This document shows, piece by piece, positions 10,368-20,665 of a DNA stretch of 60,861 nucleotides; position 1 is the stretch's first letter; the number at the start of each line of letters is the position of its first letter. Source of the DNA: an uncultured virus (IMG/VR IMGVR_UViG_3300042881_004014) (lineage: Duplodnaviria; Heunggongvirae; Uroviricota; Caudoviricetes); the IMG/VR virus record IMGVR_UViG_3300042881_004014. One strand, written 5' to 3'. Under the pieces are notes generated by a model that worked only from the letters and a program-made list of their open reading frames with translations, had not been told where the DNA came from and made no database searches. The position numbers and the translations under genes are program-made.

Positions 10368-10598
10368 TTATTTTAGTCTATAATGAAATTTATACCCACA
10401 ATCCTCATCATAATCATCATCCTCAACCACTTTAATCGATTGCCCGATGATTTCTTGGAGTGTTTGAACACTAACCCGGTTCCAATACCCAAATCTAAGG
10501 TAGACATCGTTACCGCCACCCATTACCTGGTTAATCTCAAATTCACCCAATTGGGTTTCAATCTCTTTTAGTTTAATAATACTCAATCCGTTCATCAT
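10368..10598 (-). CDS. Hypothetical protein
   Basis: 76-aa ORF with its own promoter at about 10640-10670. Confidence 0.6.
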   Translation of the reverse strand: MMNGLSIIKLKEIETQLGEFEINQVMGGGNDVYLRFGYWNRVSVQTLQEIIGQSIKVVEDDDYDEDCGYKFHYRLK

Positions 10599-10798
10599 AT
10601 TTTATCGTTTTAAAGGTTTATGTCTTAATCTTACTATACAAACATACGAATAATATTTGATATATACAAGCCTTTTTTCGTTTATTTTTCAACTTTTTCA
10701 TAACGTGTTGATAATCAATAGCATAAAAAAATCCCCACAATTGAACTTAATCAAAGGTAGGGATTAAACCTCTAAGGTAGCGCCGTCAAGGAATACTT

Positions 10799-11524
10799 TT
10801 ATTTTTTTGAACCAGTTGTTTCTGCAAATTCCATATATGCATCTAATAAGGAATCAACTACTGGGTGTCTATGGTTTTGAAGTAGAGTTAATGAATCCAT
10901 ATCCTTAATCTTCTTTGCAGCTGATAATAGAAACTTAAACCCACTCTCTCCTCTATATTTTAAATCTACTTGTTGTGAATCTCCACATACAACCATTTTA
11001 CTTCTTAATCCCAAACGTGATGTAATCATCTCCATTTGGTCATTGGTACAATTCTGAGCCTCATCTACAATAATAAATGAATCTAAAAATGTTCTACCCC
11101 TCATAAATGCAAGTGGTACAATTTCAACTTGTCCACTTTCTATAATCTTATCTATTTTTTCTTTATTGTATAATTGATAAAAGTTTGCGTAAATTGGTTG
11201 CATCCAAGGTTCCATCTTTTGATGTAAATCACCCGGTAAGAATCCAATTTCTTCTTTACTTACCGTTGGTCTGGTTATAACAATTTGTTTTACACTCTTT
11301 TTGAATAACATATCTAATGCCACTTGACATGCCAATAAGGTTTTACCACTTCCCGCCTTACCACTTAATATGGTAATAGCGTTATTTAAAATTACTTCCT
11401 TACCTACTTTTTGTTCTGCATTTAATTGGAGTTGAAATTTAATAGGGCCCTTCGGTCTTTCTATAATATTCTCTCTAATTTCCTCAGTTAATTTTCTGTG
11501 TTTTGCCGATTGATTCTCTGCCAT
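10799..11524 (-). CDS. phoH: PhoH-family ATPase
   Basis: GKAGSGKT, GFLPG, FMRGRTF, DEAQN, GDSQQVD, RHP. Confidence 0.95.
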   Translation of the reverse strand: MAENQSAKHRKLTEEIRENIIERPKGPIKFQLQLNAEQKVGKEVILNNAITILSGKAGSGKTLLACQVALDMLFKKSVKQIVITRPTVSKEEIGFLPGDLHQKMEPWMQPIYANFYQLYNKEKIDKIIESGQVEIVPLAFMRGRTFLDSFIIVDEAQNCTNDQMEMITSRLGLRSKMVVCGDSQQVDLKYRGESGFKFLLSAAKKIKDMDSLTLLQNHRHPVVDSLLDAYMEFAETTGSKK

Positions 11525-11533
11525 AAATAATTG

Positions 11534-11896
11534 TTAGGTTAAATTCATTTGCTTACGCTTCGGTTTGGCTGGTGTGATATTGGTTAAACGAATTCCTTTT
11601 TGAACGGAAACTATTTTAGCACAAATTTCATACTTTTCCATTCTTTCGCATAATGCTAATAATTGTTGTAACGCTTTCACATAATCTTCCCTTTGAATTA
11701 CGGATACGATTTCCGAATTCTGAAATTCAATTAGTACGATTGATTGTGATTTTGATGATAAGGCTAGTCGAAGATTTTCTAGCACATTTAATAATAGTTC
11801 ATCACCATAATTGTATAAGTACTGGTTTAGTACTTTGTTTTTTATGGATAGGTATTTTCTCCATTCTACACTTGGTAAAGCTTTTTGTTTTCTCAA
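11534..11896 (-). CDS. Hypothetical protein with UVR-like C-terminal motif
   Basis: EKYEICAKI motif; TTG start. Confidence 0.55.
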   Translation of the reverse strand: MRKQKALPSVEWRKYLSIKNKVLNQYLYNYGDELLLNVLENLRLALSSKSQSIVLIEFQNSEIVSVIQREDYVKALQQLLALCERMEKYEICAKIVSVQKGIRLTNITPAKPKRKQMNLT

Positions 11897-11955
11897 AGTT
11901 CCAATATGTTAGTGTTACTTATTATAAGTATTCTATAACATTTTATTTAATGTTA

Positions 11956-12933
11956 TTATGATGATATTGGTGAGTTATTATTTGATGTTTGCCCCGTACC
12001 CTCTGTAAGTACACTTTGGGGTTTATCCCATTGTTGTGTATTAATATTCCATTTCCAATCAATATTTTTATCATCGGTTGCGATTTCATTTTGAAAATCA
12101 CCAGGTCTACCAAATGGTGGAAATGTAGTTGGGTTATTTAAATTGTTTGGTAATTCACCAGGCAATGGTACTGCACTGTCATATATTTCACCACCAGTAT
12201 TATATTTCCATCTACCCAATTTCTTACCACGAATTAATCTATCTTCATATTTTGCTTCAGGTTTTTGTACTACCCAATCAACATATCTAACAATATCATC
12301 AATATTATAAGTTGGATTCGAACGTGCTTTTCTATAATCACTAACGCTTGGGTCTATACCAAGATTAAAATTAGAGTTTGCAAATAAATTCTTTAATACA
12401 AGAACACCATTATCGGCAGTTTGATTTAGTTCACTAAAGTGTAATGCCTCTACTTTTTTCTTTATACCATCTAATGTTACTACAACAATAGCAGGTACCT
12501 TTGCAGCGGCTGGAACATAGTATGGATTATTTTGTGAATATGTATAAACCAATTCATCATAAAATGGTTTAGATGTATATAATATTGGATTTGCATCATT
12601 TACAGTTTCCTTTATAGATAGGAAAAACTTAAAAGAAGTACCATCTACAATCTTTATGTTGCTAATATCTATTTTTGGAAAATCTACAAAGTTTTGTTTA
12701 TATTCACCACTTATACGAATAAACCCACTATTGTTGAATTTAGATACAGTACTTTGTTTAGGTGTACCCTCCTCATCTTTAACAAGTCTTATACCAACAA
12801 GTTGTTCTTTACTAATATCATTAGATTCGATAGTAGCACCATCCAATGTAATACGGCTTACTTTCGTTACCTCATCGGTTGAAGTTGCCTTTATGGTTTT
12901 GTTTGGTAGCTGACTTAGTGATTCTATCTTCAT
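11956..12933 (-). CDS. Hypothetical protein (possibly virion-associated)
   Basis: 325-aa ORF preceded by TATTTATA. Confidence 0.7.
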   Translation of the reverse strand: MKIESLSQLPNKTIKATSTDEVTKVSRITLDGATIESNDISKEQLVGIRLVKDEEGTPKQSTVSKFNNSGFIRISGEYKQNFVDFPKIDISNIKIVDGTSFKFFLSIKETVNDANPILYTSKPFYDELVYTYSQNNPYYVPAAAKVPAIVVVTLDGIKKKVEALHFSELNQTADNGVLVLKNLFANSNFNLGIDPSVSDYRKARSNPTYNIDDIVRYVDWVVQKPEAKYEDRLIRGKKLGRWKYNTGGEIYDSAVPLPGELPNNLNNPTTFPPFGRPGDFQNEIATDDKNIDWKWNINTQQWDKPQSVLTEGTGQTSNNNSPISS

Positions 12934-12947
12934 ACATATAAATATGA

Positions 12948-13388
12948 TTAATCATAATATTCTACAATAACACCAGCTTCTTTAAACATTTGAATTGAAC
13001 GTTCCGCCGACTGCTTCCATATCTCAGGCCAAGGTTTTGTAGATGTTCTGAATACTACCTTTATTATTCCAGCTGAAATTATACCTCTAGCACAATCAGC
13101 ACAACTAATATCACACGTCATATACATTGTTGTACCTAAAGTAGATACACCAATTCTAGCAGCATTATAAATAGCGTTTCTTTCCGCATGTTCGAACCAA
13201 AAGTATTTCTCAGGTCTTTCTTGCCTCTCATCAATATCATCGTTTATACCCCTTGGAAATGAGTTATAGCCGGTAGAAACAATTGAATTGTCTTTACCGA
13301 CTAACACTACACCAATCTGAGTTTTGATATCTTTTGATTTAAGTTTTACTTGCTCCGCAATGTTTATGAAATACTCATCCCAATTCAT
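12948..13388 (-). CDS. dCMP deaminase
   Basis: GYN, HAERNAI, SCADC zinc motifs. Confidence 0.9.
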   Translation of the reverse strand: MNWDEYFINIAEQVKLKSKDIKTQIGVVLVGKDNSIVSTGYNSFPRGINDDIDERQERPEKYFWFEHAERNAIYNAARIGVSTLGTTMYMTCDISCADCARGIISAGIIKVVFRTSTKPWPEIWKQSAERSIQMFKEAGVIVEYYD

Positions 13389-14080
13389 ATAAATTCAATT
13401 TCGTTAGTTTCTGAATTCCAATCAAATGTGATTGGATTATTAACTTGCTCATATGCTTCATTTAAAACTGAAGCATTAAAGAAGTGAGTACCATTGTGAA
13501 ATTTGTAACCATATCCACCATGTATATGTCCGAATACATGAATCTTTGGTGGTTGTTCATCTAACTTTTCTCTAAGTAAAGCACATCCTAAATGTGGTTG
13601 ACTATATGGTGGTCCACTTACATCTAAGTGGTCTTGTGGAGGTCCGTGAGTAATAAGAATATCGGTATCTTTGGGGATTGCTTCCCATTTAGCTTCCAAC
13701 TCACTACCACCTTTAGGTAAGTTAAATGCCCAATCGTAAAATTCAGGTTGCCAAGGGCTACCATAGATTTTAACCATTTGTTCAATATCACTAACTTTAA
13801 TCCAATCATCCTGTAAGTAATCAATCCATTTATATGAATTAAGGATTTCCATTACCTTTTCTGGATGGTCTTCAAACATTCTATCGTGATTACCCGCAAT
13901 GAATACCTTATGATGATAATTATCAATACCATTAAACCATTCACAAAATGAATAGATATCATTTGCATGGTAACCACTATTCATTATATCACCTGCATGA
14001 ATAAGTAAATCACCACCAGGTAATTGTTCTGTAAGTTTATAATGCTTTGTATGTGTATCTGATATTAATGTAATTTTCAT
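13385..14080 (-). CDS. Metallophosphoesterase (calcineurin-like)
   Basis: SDTH, HAGD, GNHD, THGPP, GHIH. Confidence 0.9.
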   Translation of the reverse strand: MKITLISDTHTKHYKLTEQLPGGDLLIHAGDIMNSGYHANDIYSFCEWFNGIDNYHHKVFIAGNHDRMFEDHPEKVMEILNSYKWIDYLQDDWIKVSDIEQMVKIYGSPWQPEFYDWAFNLPKGGSELEAKWEAIPKDTDILITHGPPQDHLDVSGPPYSQPHLGCALLREKLDEQPPKIHVFGHIHGGYGYKFHNGTHFFNASVLNEAYEQVNNPITFDWNSETNEIEFI

Positions 14081-14088
14081 AACTTATT

Positions 14089-14445
14089 TTATTTTGCCCA
14101 TTTACCTCGTTGAACGATTTGAGCGATTATTCCATATACTGATAAATCTTCATAAGTGTCTTGAATTGATTCACCTACTTCATCAGGTTGACCTAATACA
14201 ACTAATTGCTTTAAACGTTGTACCTTATCATTTATTCTGAACCATAATCCAGTTAATGATAGTTTAACATCATCTTTGGATTCTAATGGAGTTCCTACTG
14301 AAATATTACCCGGTCCATAATTCCTTTGTTTTTTACAAAAGGTAATATACATCTCATCTAATATTGTTTTAAACTCTTCACAAGTTTGAGGGTAAGTTCT
14401 TTCACAAAACTCAACTGCTGTTTCTATTTTTTGCTCGTTATTCAT
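14089..14445 (-). CDS. DUF1599 / nucleotide-modification-associated domain 1 protein
   Basis: KQRNYG, RINDKVQRL, ESIQDTYEDLSVYGII. Confidence 0.75.
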   Translation of the reverse strand: MNNEQKIETAVEFCERTYPQTCEEFKTILDEMYITFCKKQRNYGPGNISVGTPLESKDDVKLSLTGLWFRINDKVQRLKQLVVLGQPDEVGESIQDTYEDLSVYGIIAQIVQRGKWAK

Positions 14446-14773
14446 ATAGTGTGTATTATTGTTTAAGAACAAATATACGAATAAAAATCCACATTTCCAA
14501 ACAAAATAAACTTTATTTTCTAAAATGAAAAATAGTTGAAATTTTCTTTACGTTTTGTCAAAGTTGTATATATGTATATAAGAAATAACAATACTCTAAG
14601 GTGAAGCTAATGAGTCTAAACGCTTCGAAACTTCAGGTACCCACTCCTGTTGGATAAGATAAAATTTCCTTTCTACACTTTCAAAAACGCACAGAGACAC
14701 GGTGACACTGTTACCTGAGTTATTATAATATAGTTTAAAAAGAATAAATTAAAAAAAGACAGAGACAGAGACT

Positions 14774-15013
14774 TTAGACTACTTCGAAGTTAAATGAATC
14801 TATTTTTTTAACTACCCTATATACCCTAGCGGTTGGGTCATTATTATCCAATTCATCTCTTTTTGATTGAGCTTCTTCGATTGTATCAAACTCATCCAAA
14901 GTATCATCTGAATTTAATTTGTAAACCCAGATTTGCCTCTTAGCCCAATTTGGGTCACCTGCGTTAACATCGGTTGGTATTAGTTGTTTTTGTACTGCGT
15001 ATTTTACTTCCAT
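14774..15013 (-). CDS. Hypothetical protein
   Basis: 79-aa ORF with TATTTATA upstream. Confidence 0.6.
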   Translation of the reverse strand: MEVKYAVQKQLIPTDVNAGDPNWAKRQIWVYKLNSDDTLDEFDTIEEAQSKRDELDNNDPTARVYRVVKKIDSFNFEVV

Positions 15014-15150
15014 TATATTGATGAATTAATTTTGAATATAAATATCTTATATTATCATTTTTATATATTTCAGACAGGTTGACATAGAAAAATACCACTA
15101 TAATTTATAATGGTAATTGTGTCTAATAAGTTTTTATGAATTTACTTTAG

Positions 15151-16527
15151 TTAAATTCCAATCGATTTTAATCTTAAAATCTCATCTTTAACTTTTTGAT
15201 TAAATGGTGTCCAGTTAAAATTAGTTAACATCCACTCTCTATATGATATAGGAATTTCTCTAACTTCCTTTCCAGCAAATTTACCAAATGGCATAAATAC
15301 TTTGTCACCACCTGCCGCTTTCTCTTGTGGGGTAGCTTCACCCTCTATATGTAATCCGATTTCACTTAATGGAATGCCTGTTAGTTGTTTCTTACCTTCA
15401 CCATACATAACCCAATTATTTTCCTCTTCTTTAAAGTAGATATCTTCAACCTTTCCAAATTTAGGAACTGCCCCAACAAAATCAACAACCAATCCTTCAG
15501 ATTTATTTGGGTGAATACGAGTCACCCTACCAACAAACTGATACCACCAACTTAATGATGCGGTAGGTCTGCCGGTTATAATACAATCTAACTCAGGGTA
15601 ATCGAATCCTACTGAAAGAATGTTTACTTGAGTAATACATCGTAATCTACCTGCCTTAAAATCATTGATGATTTCATTTCTTTCAGCGCTTGGCATATCA
15701 GAATATACTGCCCTACAACTTGGTATACGGGTTGTTAATTCCTTTGCCTCATCTATTGATGGAACAGCTATAAGGATTGATTTACGTCCGTAAAGTTGTT
15801 CAACTTTTTTAACAATTTTATCACCAATATTTTGTGACTTGTATGCTCTTTTAATAGAAACATCCGAATATTCAGCACCAGTTGTATTATAAACTAAATC
15901 ACCGGTATTAAAATCATATGATTGATATTCTAATCTACTCCAAAATCCCAACTCAACCATTTCTTGAATTTGGGCAACATAGATAATCTTTTTAAAGAAG
16001 TTACCTTTCTTAGAACGATTAGTTAACATTACCAATTTTGAAAATGGTTTAAAATCCTCACCTAAGTTTGTTTGAAGTTTAAGTGGTGTAGCAGTTAATC
16101 CTAATGTATGAACGATACCAGCACCATTTAGGAAGCGCCTAAGCATTCCATTTGGTTCTCTGGGGAATCTATCACACTCATCGATTATAACCTTTGTAAT
16201 ACCCATTTCTTTGAACTTACCAGCAACCTTTACAATGGAACCAATAGTAGCATAGGTTACATTACCAATTTCCTTTTCACCCATAGCGGCTGAATAGATT
16301 GATGCTTCTCCTCCCAATGCAATAAACTTATTATAGTTTTGCTCCAATAATTCTTTTGATGGTTGTATTACTAATAATCTCTCACCAACTTCCTTTGCGA
16401 TAGATGCGATAACAATCGATTTACCAAATGCCGTTGGGGCAACGATAATCGAAGGTACGGGTTTCTTTTCAGAAAAGTATTCCACACCCCTTCTCACAGG
16501 TTCTATCTGATTCGGTCTTAACTGCAT
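15151..16527 (-). CDS. SF2 DExD/H helicase (YejH/RadD-like)
   Basis: PTAFGKS, IDECD, TATP, GFDYP, QFVGRVTR; C-terminal MPFGKF domain. Confidence 0.9.
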   Translation of the reverse strand: MQLRPNQIEPVRRGVEYFSEKKPVPSIIVAPTAFGKSIVIASIAKEVGERLLVIQPSKELLEQNYNKFIALGGEASIYSAAMGEKEIGNVTYATIGSIVKVAGKFKEMGITKVIIDECDRFPREPNGMLRRFLNGAGIVHTLGLTATPLKLQTNLGEDFKPFSKLVMLTNRSKKGNFFKKIIYVAQIQEMVELGFWSRLEYQSYDFNTGDLVYNTTGAEYSDVSIKRAYKSQNIGDKIVKKVEQLYGRKSILIAVPSIDEAKELTTRIPSCRAVYSDMPSAERNEIINDFKAGRLRCITQVNILSVGFDYPELDCIITGRPTASLSWWYQFVGRVTRIHPNKSEGLVVDFVGAVPKFGKVEDIYFKEEENNWVMYGEGKKQLTGIPLSEIGLHIEGEATPQEKAAGGDKVFMPFGKFAGKEVREIPISYREWMLTNFNWTPFNQKVKDEILRLKSIGI

Positions 16528-16637
16528 TTAAAATAAATAATATTAATTTTACACTATTACATAGTGTAAATACAAATATACGAAAAAAAATCCACATTTC
16601 CAAATTTTTAACAAAATTTATTTTTTTGTCAAAAACG

Positions 16638-16669
16638 TTTGGTTATATTAATAAATTGTTGTATCTTTG
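16638..16669 (+). promoter_or_regulatory. Bacteroidota-type promoter for GT2 operon, divergent from helicase promoter (16573-16604, minus)
   Basis: TTTG-N20-TATCTTTG. Confidence 0.7.
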
Positions 16670-16759
16670 TATATTAAATTAATCACTCTATTAAAATAAG
16701 TTAATTATTAAATACGATTATATTTAAAGGGAACGGGTCTTACCCTATTAATTTTTATT

Positions 16760-17467
16760 ATGAATAAATTATTAACAATCATAATTCCTTGTAAAAATGA
16801 GGAATTATATATAGGAAGGACTCTTCGTTCAATATCTAAACAAATTGGTATTGGGAATATCAAAATTATAATAGCAGATGCTAATTCAACTGATAATACA
16901 ATATCAGTAATAGAAGCATCTAAAATATTATATGGATTAAATATAAAAATTATTGAAGGTGGTTCGGTTTCGGTTGCTAGAAATAAAGGAGCTAGACAAG
17001 CAGAAACTCCTTTTATTTTATTCTTAGATGCTGATACTGAATTATTAAGTAATGATATTATATATAAAGCTTTAACATCCATTAAAGATGATGGATATTA
17101 TTTAGCTACTGGAAAAGTAAAAAGTACATCCTCAACCTTACTATCAAAATTAGCATTTAAATTATTTGTATTTGTTCAAAAGTATTTATTATTCGAAACA
17201 TTTTGTACGGGTCAATTCTTTATGATTAGTAGAGTTAGATTTCTAGCTATGAGAGGATTCGATGAGGAGGTAACCCACTCAGAGGACTATCTATTGAGCA
17301 AGAGGATAGCCAGGAATCGATTTAAAATTGTAAATGGATATATCGGTCAGGATGATAGAAGATTTAAAAAAATGGGTTATTTTGTATTCTTTTGGTTTTT
17401 GGTTAAGAACTACATCAACAAAAACAATAGGGAGTGGTTTATTAATGATGTAGGTTATTGGAAATAA
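16760..17467 (+). CDS. Glycosyltransferase family 2
   Basis: IIIPCKNEE, DANSTD, ARNKGA, FLDAD, GFDE, ED. Confidence 0.9.
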   Translation: MNKLLTIIIPCKNEELYIGRTLRSISKQIGIGNIKIIIADANSTDNTISVIEASKILYGLNIKIIEGGSVSVARNKGARQAETPFILFLDADTELLSNDIIYKALTSIKDDGYYLATGKVKSTSSTLLSKLAFKLFVFVQKYLLFETFCTGQFFMISRVRFLAMRGFDEEVTHSEDYLLSKRIARNRFKIVNGYIGQDDRRFKKMGYFVFFWFLVKNYINKNNREWFINDVGYWK

Positions 17468-18171
17468 TGAAAGTAGAAGCAATGTTTATATCAGATGTCC
17501 ACTTAGGTTCTAAGGGATGTAACGCTGATAAATTATTAGAAGTTCTTAAAAAATATAAACCAGCTAAATTATTTTTAGTTGGTGATATCATTGATGGTTG
17601 GTTATTAAAAAAACGAAACTATTGGACTCAAGACTTTACAAATATAATAAGAAAAATTCTTTCTTATTCTAAGAATGGAACTGAAGTAATTTATATTACG
17701 GGTAATCACGATGAATTCCTACGTTCATATTCATCAACTGAATTGGGTAATATAAAAATTATAGATGAGGTTGAGTGGAACGGATATCTAATAACACATG
17801 GTGATTTATATGATGGGGTTGTACAACTTAAATGGTTGGGTATATTAGGTAGTTGGGGATATGAAGTTGCAATTACCATAGATAGATTCTTAAAGAAACG
17901 ATTGGGTTATAAGAAATCATTTTCCAAAATGTTAAAGGATGGTGTTAAACAGGCAGTTAAATTTATTACCGATTTTGAAAATCAACTTGCATATCAATCA
18001 CATCATAGAAATTTAAAAGGAGTTATTTGCGGGCATATTCATAAACCAGATGACAAAAAAATATCCATCAAAGGGATGGATATTCATTATTTAAATTGTG
18101 GTGATTGGATTGAAAATAATTCCTATATCATATATGATAAAGGTGAGTTTGTGTTATGTAAATCTCTTTAA
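17467..18171 (+). CDS. UDP-2,3-diacylglucosamine hydrolase-like metallophosphoesterase
   Basis: SDVHLG, GDIIDGW, GNHD, HGD, CGHIH, NCGDW; start overlaps GT2 stop. Confidence 0.8.
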   Translation: MKVEAMFISDVHLGSKGCNADKLLEVLKKYKPAKLFLVGDIIDGWLLKKRNYWTQDFTNIIRKILSYSKNGTEVIYITGNHDEFLRSYSSTELGNIKIIDEVEWNGYLITHGDLYDGVVQLKWLGILGSWGYEVAITIDRFLKKRLGYKKSFSKMLKDGVKQAVKFITDFENQLAYQSHHRNLKGVICGHIHKPDDKKISIKGMDIHYLNCGDWIENNSYIIYDKGEFVLCKSL

Positions 18172-18710
18172 ATATTATCAATTATATAATCCAATGTAGC
18201 ATCTTTACCTTTTAAATCCTTCCAATATTTGGAATTAATAAAGGTAGAATATAGGTTTTTCATATTAGTATCCGCTTCCATTTCCCAAGGTAATTTAACA
18301 TATGATGCAATATCAGATTTCATTAACTTACCATAATCCTTTACATTGATATACTCCTTACCCTTCCATAGGATAGCACTATATTCTTTATTTGGTAAGA
18401 GTTCTTTTTTAACAACCTGCTTAACATGCGTTAGTTCATGTATCATTGATTGTATAACTCTCTTATATGATTGATTTGGATTAAAATGTAAATAAAATTT
18501 ACCACTATTTACTGAGTTTGAATTTAATGATATATCACCAATCATTCCCGCCTTCTCCTTTTTCTTTACTATAATCTTAGCATTAAATCCATACTTATCC
18601 ATCATAAATGAAACTACCGATTTTACCAGCAGCGCTTCATGTGGTTTCATCTTCAAAGATGAACCAAATAAATCTTCATTCATTATAGATTTTAATCGTA
18701 TCATATACAT
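18168..18710 (-). CDS. Zinc metallopeptidase-like protein
   Basis: HELTH and downstream PWE motif. Confidence 0.7.
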   Translation of the reverse strand: MYMIRLKSIMNEDLFGSSLKMKPHEALLVKSVVSFMMDKYGFNAKIIVKKKEKAGMIGDISLNSNSVNSGKFYLHFNPNQSYKRVIQSMIHELTHVKQVVKKELLPNKEYSAILWKGKEYINVKDYGKLMKSDIASYVKLPWEMEADTNMKNLYSTFINSKYWKDLKGKDATLDYIIDNI

Positions 18711-18846
18711 AAATATTTGCTTTTTTTAAAATCAGTATATATATTATAGAAACCTTGTGGTTAAACCTTCAGTGTCCTTTGAGGCATTTGAGTTGGAGAA
18801 ATACCAACGATTGAAGTTTTAAATACAAATAAAAAAATAAGGAAAT

Positions 18847-19674
18847 ATGAAACAATCAGTATGGACGAACAAGTCCAACCCTCAAGCGTTTGTTACGAAA
18901 GACAAACAAAGATTAAAACAATTCGAAGGTGAAGTATATCTCAAAGATGGAGATGAATACCAAATCGAATTATTCAACCCAACCCAAAATCACATTCTTG
19001 CAAAAATCAAAATCGATTCCGATTATATATCGGGTGGAGGTATTGTATTAAGACCCGGTGAGAGAACGTTTTTACAACGCTTCTTGGATACGAATAATAA
19101 ATTTGTATTCAGAACATACGAAGTTGATAAAGAAGCAATTGAAGTTGGTGCTACGGCTAATAATGGATATGTAGAAGTAGAGTTCTATAATGAAATTAAA
19201 ACGCAACCATTCAATAATGGAATATTATATGGTAATGGTACCACATATACATTCAATTCAACCGGAACTCCATTAGGAATGTGGAATGGAACAACTACAA
19301 CCGGTGGAACATTAACCACAACCACATCAACTAATACGGCAACTTACTCAAATATTAACGCAAGTTATACATCAGGTGTTAGTTCTAGGAGATTAACCGA
19401 TGGATTCCTATCGCACGTTAGTGGTATTGTAGAAGATAAATCACTTTCAGAAACAGGAATTACGGAAAAGGGTGGAAAATCATCACAAGAGTTTGAAACA
19501 TCTGATAGAAATTTTCTATCTGTATCATTTCATAACGTAGCATGGAGATTATTACCATTCTCAACGAAACATCTTAGTACAAATGAATTAAATATATTGT
19601 ATTGCGGTGGGTGTGGAGCTAAACGAAAGAAAGATTCTCACAAATTTTGTCCACATTGTGGAACACAATATTAA
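18847..19674 (+). CDS. Hypothetical protein with C-terminal zinc ribbon
   Basis: CGGCG...FCPHCG; Thr-rich linker. Confidence 0.75.
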   Translation: MKQSVWTNKSNPQAFVTKDKQRLKQFEGEVYLKDGDEYQIELFNPTQNHILAKIKIDSDYISGGGIVLRPGERTFLQRFLDTNNKFVFRTYEVDKEAIEVGATANNGYVEVEFYNEIKTQPFNNGILYGNGTTYTFNSTGTPLGMWNGTTTTGGTLTTTTSTNTATYSNINASYTSGVSSRRLTDGFLSHVSGIVEDKSLSETGITEKGGKSSQEFETSDRNFLSVSFHNVAWRLLPFSTKHLSTNELNILYCGGCGAKRKKDSHKFCPHCGTQY

Positions 19675-19701
19675 TTAGTTATAACTAATCACAAGGTATT
19701 C

Positions 19702-19734
19702 AAAAAAAATCCACTCTATTAAGGGTGGATTTTT
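19702..19734. terminator. Bidirectional intrinsic terminator
   Basis: A-tract, ATCCAC/GTGGAT stem, T-tract between convergent genes. Confidence 0.75.
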
Positions 19735-19743
19735 CTTTTAATG

Positions 19744-20385
19744 TTAATTATTATCGTTTAACTCTTCTAATTCTTCCAATTGTTTCTGCAATCGGCTAAC
19801 ACTACCCCATACAATTGAAGCATTCGGGTCTAATTTCTTTATCTCTTCCACCAACTCATTACATTTGCCGGTTTTGAAGAATCGTTCTTCGATACCACGT
19901 GACAATTCATTTAAATGAGATGGAGCAGATATACTGATTCGTAAATCATAATCACACCATTTGGTTTTATAATCCCATATTAACAATCCTTTAGTTAATT
20001 TCCTACTCAAATCATGTAAAAATCTATTACGAACTCTCACAATTGAATTATCGGAACCAAATAAGTGTAAGAATCGTAGAAACCATCTAGGACACCATTT
20101 AGGTTTAGCCTCATAATCCATAGCAAGAACCAATGGATATATGGCTTTAAACAAATAACCAGTTCCCTCATATGGAACCGAACCTAAGTAGTGGTACTTC
20201 TCATAGAAATCCTTTGGAAAGAATATAGCACGGATATCATCCCATTTTAAATCTCTAGTATGAATCATTCCTTTCTTTCTACCTTTCCAAAATAGTATGG
20301 TATATTTTAAATTCCGCAACATCTCTTTGAATGTTGGCTTTGTCGGTTCAATATAGAATTTACTATTTTTATTTACCTTACTCAT
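19744..20385 (-). CDS. Hypothetical protein
   Basis: 213-aa ORF. Confidence 0.7.
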   Translation of the reverse strand: MSKVNKNSKFYIEPTKPTFKEMLRNLKYTILFWKGRKKGMIHTRDLKWDDIRAIFFPKDFYEKYHYLGSVPYEGTGYLFKAIYPLVLAMDYEAKPKWCPRWFLRFLHLFGSDNSIVRVRNRFLHDLSRKLTKGLLIWDYKTKWCDYDLRISISAPSHLNELSRGIEERFFKTGKCNELVEEIKKLDPNASIVWGSVSRLQKQLEELEELNDNN

Positions 20386-20389
20386 AACT

Positions 20390-20662
20390 TTACTTTAATT
20401 GATTATATCTTTTATTATTTTTTTTACGTTCCCATTCCATTTCAACATCTACCCATTTTCCCAAAGGACAGGCATCCATCTCCGGTGAATAAACTTTTGC
20501 GGTTAGAAAACATCCACATTCTACACAATGTATATATGGTTGGGTTAATTTAGAATCACAACTATCACATATCTCTATTCGTTTAGCAGCTAATTCAGAT
20601 TGGATATCATTAGGATTAAACATTATACCCCAAGCTTTGAATATCTCCACTATCTTATTCAT
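20390..20662 (-). CDS. Small Cys-rich zinc-binding protein
   Basis: CxxC...CxxCGC...CPxxKW. Confidence 0.7.
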   Translation of the reverse strand: MNKIVEIFKAWGIMFNPNDIQSELAAKRIEICDSCDSKLTQPYIHCVECGCFLTAKVYSPEMDACPLGKWVDVEMEWERKKNNKRYNQLK

Positions 20663-20665
20663 AAC

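Noticed and set aside
14604..14630. Hammerhead-like CTAATGAG...CGAAA
   Set aside because: Core should be CUGAnGA, and stems II and III are not convincingly formed
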